This document shows positions 30,756-39,050 of a stretch of DNA of 64,000 bases, one piece after another; positions within the stretch are counted from its first letter, which is position 1; each line of letters begins with the position of its first letter. The notes beneath the pieces are model-generated. The model searched no databases and had not been told where the DNA came from. It worked only from the letters and a program-made list of their open reading frames with translations. The position numbers and the translations under genes were made by a program. The stretch lies in the sequence record SRR31156797_360. One strand, given 5' to 3'.

Positions 30756-31085
30756 ATGGCATTTTGTGATCTTCTTGCGTCACGTGTTCGTGATGAGCTG
30801 ATTGATAAGGATTTTTATTCTGAGAAGAGGATGTTTGGCGGTATGGCTTTTATGCTGCACGGTAATATGGTGTGCGGTGTTATCGGAGATGATCTGATTG
30901 TCAGAGTTGGAGTTAACTCTTATGAAGAGTGCCTCGCTATGGATAACACTGACGTTTTCAATATAACTGGTAAGGTAATGAAGGGGTGGGTTGTTGTTGA
31001 CGGAGAAACTTTATTGACTCGTAAAAGCTTGCTGTATTGGGTAAATCTAGCAGTTGATTTCTGTAGTACGCTGCCACGTAAATAA
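30756..31085 (+). CDS. TfoX/Sxy N-terminal domain protein
   Basis: EKRMFGGMAFMLHGNM, MKGWVVV, W..LA.DF..TLP.K pattern. Confidence 0.85.
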   Translation: MAFCDLLASRVRDELIDKDFYSEKRMFGGMAFMLHGNMVCGVIGDDLIVRVGVNSYEECLAMDNTDVFNITGKVMKGWVVVDGETLLTRKSLLYWVNLAVDFCSTLPRK

Positions 31086-31100
31086 ATATATACATAATAC

Positions 31101-31127
31101 GTCATTCTGAATGCAGTGAAGAATCTG
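31101..31127 (+). repeat. Partial (left-arm) copy of the REP-like element
   Basis: GTCATTCTGAATGCAGTGAAGAATCTG, near-identical to 11538-11564. Confidence 0.6.
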
Positions 31128-31234
31128 ATATTATTAGATAATCCACGGGGTAGTACCCTTACGTTTACCGAACGTCTGGCGGAGGGCATAGCTCACTTTT
31201 ATATAGCTGTATAGGCTGGTTGTAGATAATCAGT

Positions 31235-32188
31235 TCACTTATATGCTTTGTTTATAAGCTGACCGTCAATTACTAGTCCGATAGCTCTGGCGTTTCCGTT
31301 GTTGATGAAAAGGTAGTCTTCTGCTGTCTCAACAGGAATATCTCCCGGCGAGTTACCGTTCATAACGGAAGCAGCCATTCTGCTGGTCTGAACCCCAAGC
31401 TCATAACCAACAAAACCGTATCCCATTGTCGCCCCTTGCTTTATCTGCTCATATCTCGATGTTGAGAGAATAATCTTATCCCTGAGACTTACCCTAGCGA
31501 AATCACGAACGGCGGACATGACAAGCCCGTCCCGAGGCATAAATATTGCCTGAGTATCTTTCGGAAGGTGATCTATCAATTTGAGAATATCATCTTTATT
31601 ACTAACCGGATGCTTGTTAATTGTGATTCCAAGGTCTATGGCGGCTGAGGTTATATTATTTATAGTAATAAGAGAACTTTTGTCATTAGGGTTATAAGGA
31701 ATCATGATGTTTGCAAGATCCTTCTTGATGACTTTCATCCACTCAAGTCTTTTCGAGTCGCTGGGTGAAAGCCTCACACCTGTAATGTTTTCACCTGGTT
31801 GTGACAGGTTTGATATTATGCCTGATTTTACAGGGTCGTTAACAGGACCGAAGATGACAGGTATGCCCAGCGGCTTAGCTTTAAGGTAAGCTCTTTTGGC
31901 TGCTGGGGTGGTCATCGCATATATCAAATCAGGCTTTTGGCTTAAAATGTACTTAAGCTTTTTGTCTATATCTTTGAAGTCTTTGGCATTCCCGGGATAG
32001 ACATAGCTGGTGTTTCTCCCTTCGATATAACCGAGTGAGGCGAGTCCGTCTTTGAAGCCCTGTCTTGTCTGGTTGTTAGTGTTTCTGTATTGAAGTATTC
32101 CGATAGTATAGCCCTTCTCCTCGTTTTGAAAGCAACCGGAAGTTATTAAAGTTGAAAGTGCTAAAAGTAGTATTAGCAGGTAGCGCAT
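31235..32188 (-). CDS. Orphan ABC-type substrate-binding lipoprotein (ABC_sub_bind family)
   Basis: Lipobox-like ITSGC after a hydrophobic signal; GFKDGLASLGYIEG, VNDPVKSG, PGENITGV motifs; start ATG 32188. Confidence 0.85.
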   Translation of the reverse strand: MRYLLILLLALSTLITSGCFQNEEKGYTIGILQYRNTNNQTRQGFKDGLASLGYIEGRNTSYVYPGNAKDFKDIDKKLKYILSQKPDLIYAMTTPAAKRAYLKAKPLGIPVIFGPVNDPVKSGIISNLSQPGENITGVRLSPSDSKRLEWMKVIKKDLANIMIPYNPNDKSSLITINNITSAAIDLGITINKHPVSNKDDILKLIDHLPKDTQAIFMPRDGLVMSAVRDFARVSLRDKIILSTSRYEQIKQGATMGYGFVGYELGVQTSRMAASVMNGNSPGDIPVETAEDYLFINNGNARAIGLVIDGQLINKAYK

Positions 32189-32238
32189 ATCGTGTCCCTC
32201 ACTGGTGTAGCTGATTAATTGTAGCATATTTGTGCATA

Positions 32239-32254
32239 TTTGACATGAGTCAAA
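32239..32254. promoter_or_regulatory. Crp/Fnr-family (HcpR-type) palindrome
   Basis: TTTGAC-ATGA-GTCAAA perfect 6-4-6 palindrome; same arms as 43651-43666. Confidence 0.65.
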
Positions 32255-32297
32255 GGGAAAAAGAAGTAATCATACTTTAATAAACAAGAGGTGCAAT

Positions 32298-32969
32298 ATG
32301 AAATTTTATAAAATGTTATCCGAACATTACGAGCAGATTTTTCCACTCAATAATAAGGTTGTGGATATGGTTGAGTCCATCACCTCGGTGGGCGGCAGGG
32401 TTCTCGATGTCGGCTGTGCCAAAGGTGAGCTGGTGCGTGAGCTTATAAACAGAGGTTACGATGCAGAAGGGCTTGAGTATGTGGAAGAGTTAGTCGGTTT
32501 CCCTGAAAAGACGCTGCTGGGCGACATGCATGATATGCCTTACGGAGACGGTGGGTTCGATACTATTGTATGTACGGGGAATACTCTTGTGCACTCATTC
32601 GATATAGCAAAAGTTTTAGGCGAGTTTAACCGGGTTCTTAATAAAGGGGGGAAGGTGCTCCTGCAGGTGCTTAATTACGATAGAATCATGTCCGTTAGAC
32701 CGGGAAATCTGCCGGAGATAAAGTTTGGCGACAGCAACTTTGTGAGAGAATACAGGTATAAAAGCGATCTCATTGAGTTTATAGGGACAGTAACAGTTGA
32801 CGGCAACTCCGTCAGCTCATCTGTAGACCTGAATCCTGTCTGCCTTCGTGAACTGACTGAAACAATGGAGTCAGCGCAGTTAGCAGTGAAGTCTTTATAT
32901 GGGGGCTTTGACCATGGCGCATTCAGTGAAAACAGCTTTGCAACTGTAATCGTGGCGGAGAAGATCTGA
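32298..32969 (+). CDS. Class I SAM-dependent methyltransferase
   Basis: VLDVGCAKG motif I, GDMHDMP, FDTIVCTGNTLVH, RVLNKGG. Confidence 0.88.
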   Translation: MKFYKMLSEHYEQIFPLNNKVVDMVESITSVGGRVLDVGCAKGELVRELINRGYDAEGLEYVEELVGFPEKTLLGDMHDMPYGDGGFDTIVCTGNTLVHSFDIAKVLGEFNRVLNKGGKVLLQVLNYDRIMSVRPGNLPEIKFGDSNFVREYRYKSDLIEFIGTVTVDGNSVSSSVDLNPVCLRELTETMESAQLAVKSLYGGFDHGAFSENSFATVIVAEKI

Positions 32970-33092
32970 AATACACATTTTTATGAGCATTAATCAATAT
33001 TAATTTAACCTGCCCGTGCGATAAATACTACAGTTAAATATTTGTACACATTACGAATTGTTAACTAAGCAGCAAAAGTATGGAGAAGAAAA

Positions 33093-34712
33093 ATGGTTAA
33101 ATTAAGAATTCGCACCCAGATTATCGGCGGTTTTCTAAGTATTTCATTACTCATTTTGTTTTTGAGCTTATTCAGCATACTGTCTACCAGAGCATCGCTA
33201 CATCACCTGAATGCTCTCAAAGATGAAGTGGTAGTCCATACTATGAGGTTTATGGAACTTGATAAGAATATTATCCAGATACAGCAGTGGCTTACTGACG
33301 TTTCAGCTACTAGGGCGATGGAAGGCTTTGACGATGGTTATAAAGAGGCGGAGAACTACTATGAGTCATCATTAAATCTTTTGAGTGACCTGAGAAAAGA
33401 CCATCTTGATGAACCGGAAATGCTTACTACTCTTGATTCTATGAAGGTACAGCTTACTGATTTTTACAGGGTCGGAAGAGAGATGGCCGGCACTTACGTT
33501 AAAGACGGCGCTGAAGCTGGTAATAAGTATATGGGCATATTCGACCCATATGCGGCGAAGCTTGGGGAGACTATTGCTGGGATAGTTGAGGAGCATCAGG
33601 GAGAGATGGCATCTGTACTTGCCAGTCTCGCAGACGAGCAGAGCTTTGTGATGAGGATGTCTATCTTCCTAGGGGTTATCGCATTTATCTCAGCGATACT
33701 TCTTTCAGTTATGGTGACACGTTCAGTATTAAGACCACTTCTTCTTTTTAAGGATAAATTTACTCAGGGCGCATCGGGGGATCTGACTATTCATGTCGAT
33801 TACAGCAAGGAGAATGAGATTGGCGAGCTTTCTGCTAATTTTAACTCTTTCAGCAGTTCACTTCGTGAGCTTATTCAGCAGCTTAAAAGCACAATTTCTA
33901 ATATGAGTGATGACAGTTCAACGCTTTCATCAGCTTCAGAGCAGTTTTCTGTGACGTTTAACCAGCAGTCATCTGAGATATCAAATATTGCTGTTGCAAT
34001 GGATAGCTTATCTCAGTCATCTACGGACATTATAAGCAGGCTTGAGCAGATGTCAGAGCTTATCACCAGCACAAACGATGAGACAGACGAAGCTTTCGGG
34101 CAGCTCGGTACAGCGATAAAGAAGACAGAAGAGATAAGCGAAGATACTAACAAGCTCTCAGGGATTATGGACGGTCTGGTTGATGCATCCGGTGAGATTG
34201 AAAATATTCTGAAAGTTATTAACGATATCGCAGAGCAGACTAATTTGCTTGCTCTTAATGCGGCAATAGAGGCGGCGAGAGCCGGCGATGCGGGGCGTGG
34301 CTTTGCGGTTGTCGCAGATGAGGTTAGGAAGCTAGCTGAGAGAACCCAGACAGCTACAGGCGAGGTCGAGGGGATAGTCGGTCAGCTTATGAGTGAAACG
34401 GGTAAGGCGAAAGGTTCTATGGACGAATCTCTATCAAAAGTAGGAGAGGGTGTTGAGCTGATAAAAAGCCTCGAAGTCTTCTACAGAAAAGTTGCTGATA
34501 ATATGAATACTATTAACTCTGAGCAGTCTGTTATCTCGGAGAATATGACAGAATCTGCAACAAGCATCGATAGGGTCAACCACTCTATTCAGGAGATTTC
34601 TGAGAGTATAAATGAGGCATCGACATCTGTTGATCAGATAGCTAGTTCTGCCACTGGGCTTCAGGAGAATGCTGGCTCACTGGCTGGAAGGGCGGCAGCT
34701 TTCACTGTTTAG
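33093..34712 (+). CDS. Methyl-accepting chemotaxis protein
   Basis: Two TMs, HAMP (GDLT..NEIGEL), signalling domain [38 protein letters not shown]. Confidence 0.96.
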   Translation: MVKLRIRTQIIGGFLSISLLILFLSLFSILSTRASLHHLNALKDEVVVHTMRFMELDKNIIQIQQWLTDVSATRAMEGFDDGYKEAENYYESSLNLLSDLRKDHLDEPEMLTTLDSMKVQLTDFYRVGREMAGTYVKDGAEAGNKYMGIFDPYAAKLGETIAGIVEEHQGEMASVLASLADEQSFVMRMSIFLGVIAFISAILLSVMVTRSVLRPLLLFKDKFTQGASGDLTIHVDYSKENEIGELSANFNSFSSSLRELIQQLKSTISNMSDDSSTLSSASEQFSVTFNQQSSEISNIAVAMDSLSQSSTDIISRLEQMSELITSTNDETDEAFGQLGTAIKKTEEISEDTNKLSGIMDGLVDASGEIENILKVINDIAEQTNLLALNAAIEAARAGDAGRGFAVVADEVRKLAERTQTATGEVEGIVGQLMSETGKAKGSMDESLSKVGEGVELIKSLEVFYRKVADNMNTINSEQSVISENMTESATSIDRVNHSIQEISESINEASTSVDQIASSATGLQENAGSLAGRAAAFTV

Positions 34713-34714
34713 AT

Positions 34715-34747
34715 AAAAAAAGGCGGTGTTTCTTGCACCGCCAGTTT
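34715..34747. terminator. Hairpin terminator between convergent MCP and PPase genes
   Basis: A run, then GGCGGTG-tttcttg-CACCGCC. Confidence 0.65.
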
Positions 34748-34845
34748 GTTTAATTCGTAAGTTTTTTGCAAGTGACCATCGGAAACGCAAAGCTAGACAA
34801 TTTTAGCTTATTTCATGACCTGATGATTATGCTGCCCTCAAAGGG

Positions 34846-36486
34846 TTAGTCTGTAAGTTCTTCGAGAACCCTGAGAATCTCAGGAAGGAGCTGTTTCTTT
34901 CTTGATAGTACGCCTTGGAGGTAGAATCTTTTATCCCCTGTCTGCTTATAACTGAGGCGTTTTTCAGCAGGCTCAAACCCACTGGTGAGAAGAACAGATT
35001 CCTCTCTGATTATGTCGGTGACCAGAAGCGTGGTCCAGTCGAGCCCTTTTTCATTTTTGAAAGCTTGAAGCCCTTCAAGGAGCTTATCTTTTACGCCGTC
35101 CAGCTCTTCAAGGTTAACTACTTCGACCTGTCCGATACCGAAAACTTTTCCGTACTCAGAGAATACTTTAAAGTCTGTCCCTATGACGTCTGATACGTCA
35201 CGAGCTTTAAGGCTGTCAGTAGCGGAAAACATATCAATACCGTATTTTTCAAAGTCGAGCTCAGCTATACCCGCAAGCTCGTGTACAGCCTCAATATCCT
35301 GCTTTGTCGTTGTTGGTGATTTCAGGATGATAGTATCTGAGAGTATACCGGAGAGGAGTATAGCCGCAGTTGACTTATCCGGCTCCAGTCCGTTTATTCT
35401 GAAAAGCTGGAACACAAGTGTACAGGTGCTTCCAACCGGTTTGGCGAAGAAGTGCACAGGAGTTTTCGTCTTTATAGTGCCGAGCCTGTGGTGATCAACT
35501 ATCTCGGTAATCTTACTTGTTTCAGCACCGTCAACAGCTTGGGAAAGCTCGTTGTGATCCACAAGAATAAGCTCTCTCTGTACCTTTTTAATGATGTCAG
35601 ATCTTGTGAGAATACCGATAAGCCTCCCTTCGTTTGTAACAGGGAGACCTTTGTGGTCTACACTCATGAGTACATCGCCAGCCGCATCGAGATAGTCATC
35701 TTCTTTAAGGTGCGGAACATCTGATTTCATAAAGGATTTAGCCGGTATGCTTAGCTGAAGATTACGGAGAGTTTCTGCTGTGTCCAGCTCTGAAACGTAT
35801 ATCCAGCCATTATATCCGGAAAAATCGAAGTCTATGTCTGATTCGTTTTTTATACCGGTGAGCACAACAGCAGGCAGCTCTTTCTCGATAGCGTATTCGA
35901 CTATATCTCGCCTTTTACCCACCACAAGGATAGATTTTTTCGGGTCGAAAGTATCCATCCTCTCTTTGAACCTGTCGTAAGGCATAGCGCCTATGACTAT
36001 TGATGCTTCGAATTCGTCGTTTGCACCTCTGATGTATGTATACCCTCTGATGGATTTTTCAAAGTTTGAACCTCTGAAGAGGTAAACAGGTCTGCCGTCA
36101 TCGTCTTTCGGTGTGAAGAATTGCGCAAGTTCAAGGATACTGATAATCCCCTCAAGCTTTGTTCCGCCGGAGATAACCGGTGTTATCCTGATTTTCAGCT
36201 CTTCGATGTTTTTGATAACGCCTTTGATAGGTTCATTCTCATCTATAGCTACGACCTTATGGGTCATAACGTCTGAAACTTTTGCGTATACATCGCTTAT
36301 GAATTTAGGTGGTGTGACACCTATTTTATCGAATATGAACCTGGTTTGCTTATTGAGGTTACCGCAGCGAGCGGGTGTATATCTTTTCTCTTCATCTATT
36401 TGATTTTTCAAGTCGGCATAGCCGTATGCAGAACAGACAGAATCACTGTCCGGATTTTTATGACCAATGATTATTACGTCAGACAT
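34846..36486 (-). CDS. ppaC: Family II Mn-dependent inorganic pyrophosphatase with CBS-DRTGG-CBS insert
   Basis: GHKNPDSDS, LVDHNE, IVDHH, ILSDT, DFKVF, VLSRKKQ; CBS pair; start ATG 36486 after GGAGG. Confidence 0.92.
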   Translation of the reverse strand: MSDVIIIGHKNPDSDSVCSAYGYADLKNQIDEEKRYTPARCGNLNKQTRFIFDKIGVTPPKFISDVYAKVSDVMTHKVVAIDENEPIKGVIKNIEELKIRITPVISGGTKLEGIISILELAQFFTPKDDDGRPVYLFRGSNFEKSIRGYTYIRGANDEFEASIVIGAMPYDRFKERMDTFDPKKSILVVGKRRDIVEYAIEKELPAVVLTGIKNESDIDFDFSGYNGWIYVSELDTAETLRNLQLSIPAKSFMKSDVPHLKEDDYLDAAGDVLMSVDHKGLPVTNEGRLIGILTRSDIIKKVQRELILVDHNELSQAVDGAETSKITEIVDHHRLGTIKTKTPVHFFAKPVGSTCTLVFQLFRINGLEPDKSTAAILLSGILSDTIILKSPTTTKQDIEAVHELAGIAELDFEKYGIDMFSATDSLKARDVSDVIGTDFKVFSEYGKVFGIGQVEVVNLEELDGVKDKLLEGLQAFKNEKGLDWTTLLVTDIIREESVLLTSGFEPAEKRLSYKQTGDKRFYLQGVLSRKKQLLPEILRVLEELTD

Positions 36487-36566
36487 AATCCACCTCCAAA
36501 AGCGCAATATATACGAAAATTAGTTAGAATGAAACCAAAAATGTCTGAATAGGTTTGTTCGGAGTG

Positions 36567-38420
36567 CTATTTTGTTGACTCGATAAAGAGAGAGTTAGGT
36601 TCTGTTTCAACCAGACCGTTAGTTCCAACGTCAAGGTAGGACATTTTGCTTGGGCTCCCTTTCGCCTCTTTTTTCATAACAGCTAGAATATTGCTCAGCT
36701 CGTCGGAGTTTGTCTCACGTTCACCCTCAGGAATCCTTATCACAGCGGCGCTGACAGACAGCAGAGGGAATTCTCTGGTAACACCTGTTCTATCTTTTGC
36801 TATGTATTTGCCATTTTCCTGTTCATGCTTATCATAGAATGATGCTGCAGTTTCAGTGAATATGCTTATTATCTCACGAACCTGTGTAACGATATTGTGG
36901 CATCTTTCCTCACCACCAGCCGGACAGCTCGCTCCGCAGAAGAAATCGTCGCCGCCTATATGACCGATGAAAGCTTTGTCATCCTGCATATGCTCTTTCA
37001 TTATCTCAGCGAAGATTGTGATAGCCCTGTCCCCCTGACGGAAACCGAACCTATCGTTAAAAGGTTTAAAGTTATCAAAGTCGAAATATATAAATACATA
37101 AGAAGCTTCAATGTCTTTGTAAGCCTTGTTGAGATAGCTGTTGATAAGATTATTACCCGGAAGCTTGGTGAGCGGGTTCATATCTCTTGCGTATGCGAGG
37201 TTCTTATCATTTAGAGTATTAAGGAGCGACTGAGCAGTCATAAAGCCGTGGTATTTCAGCTCGTTTGTGATTATTACACCTTCTGCATCAGAATTCGCAA
37301 CGTATATCTCGAGCATCTGCTCAAGAGGTACTGTGATCTCAACTGTCGGGCATTTATTTATGAATTTAGTGATTGACGGTGTGTGGCTCTTATTAAAGAG
37401 CAGGTCTTTACCGAAAGGCTTGTATAGATACTTTTTGAGGTTGCTCTCACTGATGATACCGACGGGGATACCGCTGTTATCGACAACAGGAACCACAGGG
37501 TTTTCAGTATTTTCGCTGATTCTCTCTAAAAGCTCTTCCATAGATCCGTTAGACTTTATAGGGCTAAGCTGAATCATCTGCTGATTAATAAGCTGTGAGT
37601 CCTCAGTGATCTTTCTTTTATTGGTTTTAAAGAGGTTATCAACCTCTTCGTATTTTGTCTGAAGCTTTTCAACCTCAAGCACAGGTTTCTGAATGAAATA
37701 CCCCTGAATGAGATCAACACCCATATCTCTGCATGTGAGAAACTCTTTTTCTGTCTCAACACCTTCTGCGATTACCGATATGCCGAAAAAGTGTGCAAGG
37801 TTAGTTATGTGGTTACAGAATTTACGCTTTTTTACTTCTTTATCAATGTTTGTGATGAGGAATCTATCGATTTTCAGGTAGTCCGGCTCACTGAAATAGA
37901 AAAGCTCAAAGTTTGCGAAGCCTGAACCGAAGTCATCAATAGCTATCTGGCAGCCGGTAGATTTAGCATTATTAAAAAGGCAGTCGATCTGACCGCTTTT
38001 GGTGTGATATCTTTCGCTGATTTCGAAACAGAAAACTCCAGGGTCAAGTCCAAAACCTTCCAGTATATACTTACTCATTCCGGGCGAATAGTCACACTTA
38101 TTAGTGATTCGCACATCGAAATTATAGAATAGTTTAATCTTTTTAGAGTTAGGTATTGTGCTGAATTTATCGATAGCTTTCTGTCTGAGTTTTAGGTCTA
38201 TATCAAGGAGCAGACCTTCATTGTGCGCGGTGTCGAACACCTCGAAGATATCGTTGAACCCGGCTTTTTCATGCCCACGTAAAAGACACTCTACAGCAAA
38301 AATAGACCCGCTGAGTGGGTTAACTATGGGCTGAAATGCGTGTTCAAAGCAATCAAGTCTTTTTAGCCAGATGTCTGGTAATTGTTTATCTGTCATAGTC
38401 TTTATGCCAATATCAATCAC
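36567..38420 (-). CDS. EAL-CBS-GGDEF protein
   Basis: FQPI..ECLLR, IDDFGSG, LKIDR, AEGVE, QGY; CBS region; NPLTKLPGN, DFDNFKPFND, HIGGDDF. Confidence 0.92.
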   Translation of the reverse strand: MIDIGIKTMTDKQLPDIWLKRLDCFEHAFQPIVNPLSGSIFAVECLLRGHEKAGFNDIFEVFDTAHNEGLLLDIDLKLRQKAIDKFSTIPNSKKIKLFYNFDVRITNKCDYSPGMSKYILEGFGLDPGVFCFEISERYHTKSGQIDCLFNNAKSTGCQIAIDDFGSGFANFELFYFSEPDYLKIDRFLITNIDKEVKKRKFCNHITNLAHFFGISVIAEGVETEKEFLTCRDMGVDLIQGYFIQKPVLEVEKLQTKYEEVDNLFKTNKRKITEDSQLINQQMIQLSPIKSNGSMEELLERISENTENPVVPVVDNSGIPVGIISESNLKKYLYKPFGKDLLFNKSHTPSITKFINKCPTVEITVPLEQMLEIYVANSDAEGVIITNELKYHGFMTAQSLLNTLNDKNLAYARDMNPLTKLPGNNLINSYLNKAYKDIEASYVFIYFDFDNFKPFNDRFGFRQGDRAITIFAEIMKEHMQDDKAFIGHIGGDDFFCGASCPAGGEERCHNIVTQVREIISIFTETAASFYDKHEQENGKYIAKDRTGVTREFPLLSVSAAVIRIPEGERETNSDELSNILAVMKKEAKGSPSKMSYLDVGTNGLVETEPNSLFIESTK

Positions 38421-38455
38421 CAGTGTTATAAAAATGTTAAGAAATTTTCATGTGA

Positions 38456-38923
38456 TTATGTATTTTGACAATTGAAGATAGATTCCAGCTTTTTATAACG
38501 ATAATCGAAGATCTCTTTTAACTTAGATTTAATATAGCTACTGAGCAAAATAGTGCTGAAAGGCTCAAAAGGTAAAATGTAGTGCACTATGTCCTGCATT
38601 TCCACACCTTCCGGAGTCTCTTTGAAGTGGTGTTGATGGTGCCAGAGCTTATAAGGACCGTTCCGCTGTTCATCTACGAAGTAATAAGGAGGCTTAGAGT
38701 GAGTGATCTCTGTTACCCATTTAACTGGATAGCCGGCAAATGGGTGGACGTTATACTGTAATATTAAGCCCTCATACATCTTTTCCGGAACATCAGAGAC
38801 AACCTGAAAATTTAGCCAGTCAGGTGTTATCTCTGCAAGGTTGAGAGGGGATGAGAAGAAGTCCCACGCACTGCCTATGTCTGTTTTAAGTATTTGAGTT
38901 CGTCTGATAGATTTTGCTTTCAT
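38456..38923 (-). CDS. SRPBCC/START-fold protein
   Basis: WDFFSSPLNLAEITP, WVTEIT, FVDEQRNGPYKLWHHQH, IFDYR. Confidence 0.88.
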   Translation of the reverse strand: MKAKSIRRTQILKTDIGSAWDFFSSPLNLAEITPDWLNFQVVSDVPEKMYEGLILQYNVHPFAGYPVKWVTEITHSKPPYYFVDEQRNGPYKLWHHQHHFKETPEGVEMQDIVHYILPFEPFSTILLSSYIKSKLKEIFDYRYKKLESIFNCQNT

Positions 38924-39050
38924 GGTTAACTAAATTAGGTACTTTTTCACAAAATACAAATGTTATTTACAGGAATGTCTTAACATCCGTTGTAATTTAA
39001 TTATAGAGTAGTAAACTTGAAGGATAAACTAACTTAACTGGGGGCACAAG

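Noticed and set aside
31190-31240. TGA read-through or selenocysteine at the end of the orphan SBP gene
   Set aside because: The protein is already about full length for its family, and I see no SECIS-like hairpin or Cys-equivalent context.
32995-33025. Possible sigma28 promoter for the MCP gene
   Set aside because: TGCGATAA fits the -10, but there is no TAAA-like -35 at the 15-bp spacing.
34755-34845. Fragments resembling a c-di-GMP-I riboswitch (CCATCGGAAACGCAAAGC...GCTGCC)
   Set aside because: The 3' strand of the GAAA-capped stem is missing and the segment lies between convergent genes with nothing downstream to regulate; an Infernal search would settle it.
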